Assembly (NCBI GenBank): GCA_049512815.1
Contig: JBEKWS010000006.1
Coordinates: 99,398-163,397, forward strand
DNA from: Bacteroidales bacterium
Lineage (GTDB): Bacteria > Bacteroidota > Bacteroidia > Bacteroidales > VadinHA17
Direction of reading: 5' to 3'
Length of the DNA stretch: 64,000 bases
The position numbers and the translations under genes are program-made. The notes beneath the pieces are model-generated. The model was not told the origin of the DNA. It made no database searches and saw only the letters and a list, made by a program, of their open reading frames with translations. Positions 63,139-64,000 of the stretch are shown piece by piece. The first letter of the stretch is position 1. Every line of letters begins with the position of its first letter.

Positions 63139-63831
63139 ATGACGGATATAAATCCAGTAATCGGGGGTCTTTTTAGGATCCACAAGATTATCACACGGGG
63201 ACTTGACATTTCCATTCGGAAGTGTGATGAATACCTTGGTAAGCAGGGAATACCACTTGAGGAAGTTGCAGGGTTTTCTATGTATGTAACAGCACTGAAG
63301 TAGGTAACGCATGCGCATCATCTAAGCGAAGATGAAATTGCTTTTCCCTATTTCAAAGGTACCATAGAGGCGCCCTATGATCGCCTGAGGGATGACCACC
63401 AGACCATTTCCCGCATTCTGGTCACCCTGGACCAATGTATTTTAGAGATTTCATCTGGCGGAGTCGGCAAGCTTCGCGAAGTGCTGGGCGAATTCGAAGA
63501 ATTATGGGTACCCCATATCAGAATCGAGGAAGAAAATTTCACAGCGGAAAAGTTGCAGATGGTCGCAGGAATGAAAGAACAGGCAGACCTTGCAGAAAAG
63601 ATTACCAAACACGGTATTAAAAACTCCGGGCCGGGACCTCTTGTGCTGCCTTTCATGTTCTTTAATCTTGAAGGCAAGGATCGCGAGACCTTTATGATGC
63701 CCATCCCCTGGATTGTCAAAAAGGTCCTTGTGCCAATTATCTGGAAAGGGCAGTGGAAGCCGATTCGGAAGAACACACGCTGGCTAAAGGGTAGACCTAC
63801 AAGCTTCACGTGCCCAAGGATATTCCGGTGA
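63139..63831 (+). pseudogene. Hemerythrin-like domain protein interrupted by an in-frame TAG at 63301
   Basis: From the ATG at 63139, preceded by AAGGAGG, the frame reads MTDINPVIGGLFRIHKIITRGLDISIRKCDEYL...VTALK*VTHAHHLSEDEIAFPYF...DDHQTISRIL...LWVPHIRIEEENF. This is the same frame as the 63481..63831 ORF. The family call rests on the HH..ED..FP and H..EE motifs. Confidence 0.5.
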
Positions 63832-63973
63832 AGCAGTTCAGTGACCATTGTTGTGCATGCGTATTTATGGAGGCGACCGAGCTTGCGAGCTCGCCGAAGG
63901 TAATTCTAGTTCTTAAATCATTTTGAATACTGAACAAGAAACACCGATTTACTAATTACGATGTGAAAGGGTT

Positions 63974-63990
63974 GGTTGCAACTTTCCCAG
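63974..63990 (+). repeat. GGTTGCAAC-box intergenic repeat, copy L (window ends shortly after)
   Basis: GGTTGCAACTTTCCCAG. Confidence 0.4.
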
Positions 63991-64000
63991 TATCTAAATG

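Noticed and set aside
63375-63848. 157-aa minus-strand ORF, and the 94-aa ORF at 63037..63321
   Set aside because: Both are antisense to the hemerythrin-like frame, which has recognisable motifs. Their translations look like alternative-frame noise.

Overview
This is a low-GC Bacteroidota-type chromosomal segment. G+C counts on single 60-nt lines gave about 22/60 in ordinary genes and 14/60 in spacers.

(1) 1-16.3 kb is a canonical polysaccharide utilisation locus (PUL). The minus strand carries a SusC/SusD pair, two tandem GH51-like arabinofuranosidases and three tandem CE1-type esterases, one of them truncated. A hybrid two-component regulator (HTCS) is encoded divergently.

(2) 16.3-21.6 kb is a decayed integrative island. 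It holds a possible helicase relic, small ORFs, an AbiEi/AbiEii toxin-antitoxin pair whose toxin carries an in-frame TAA, and a tyrosine integrase with arm-type repeats next to it.

(3) 21.7-62 kb is a second, very esterase-rich CAZyme array with no SusC/SusD pair or regulator of its own in the window. It contains two CE15, CE1, a tannase-family esterase, a SASA-type acetylesterase, an esterase-D-like protein, two GH2 (one frameshifted), GH3, GH106, GH78 and a GH35-like enzyme. It also contains three markedly GC-rich GH95-like paralogs with Tat signals.

(4) 59.5-64 kb holds accessory redox and small genes: an aldo/keto reductase, a PQQ-like propeller protein, a SnoaL-like protein and a broken hemerythrin-like gene.

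The signal that gene models do not explain is a dispersed intergenic repeat. Its core is GGTTGCAACTTT, followed after 6-8 nt by a GGGGTAC-type box and then, in most full copies, a copy-specific stem-loop with a T-run. I found about 12 copies, all in the + orientation whatever the direction of the neighbouring genes. All lie at boundaries between gene modules and none lies in the core PUL. Other points are a nearly identical 26-bp direct repeat bracketing one GC-rich cassette, duplicated upstream leaders of the GC-rich genes, and an unusual density of broken genes.

All family assignments come from motif recognition by eye. No database search was run.
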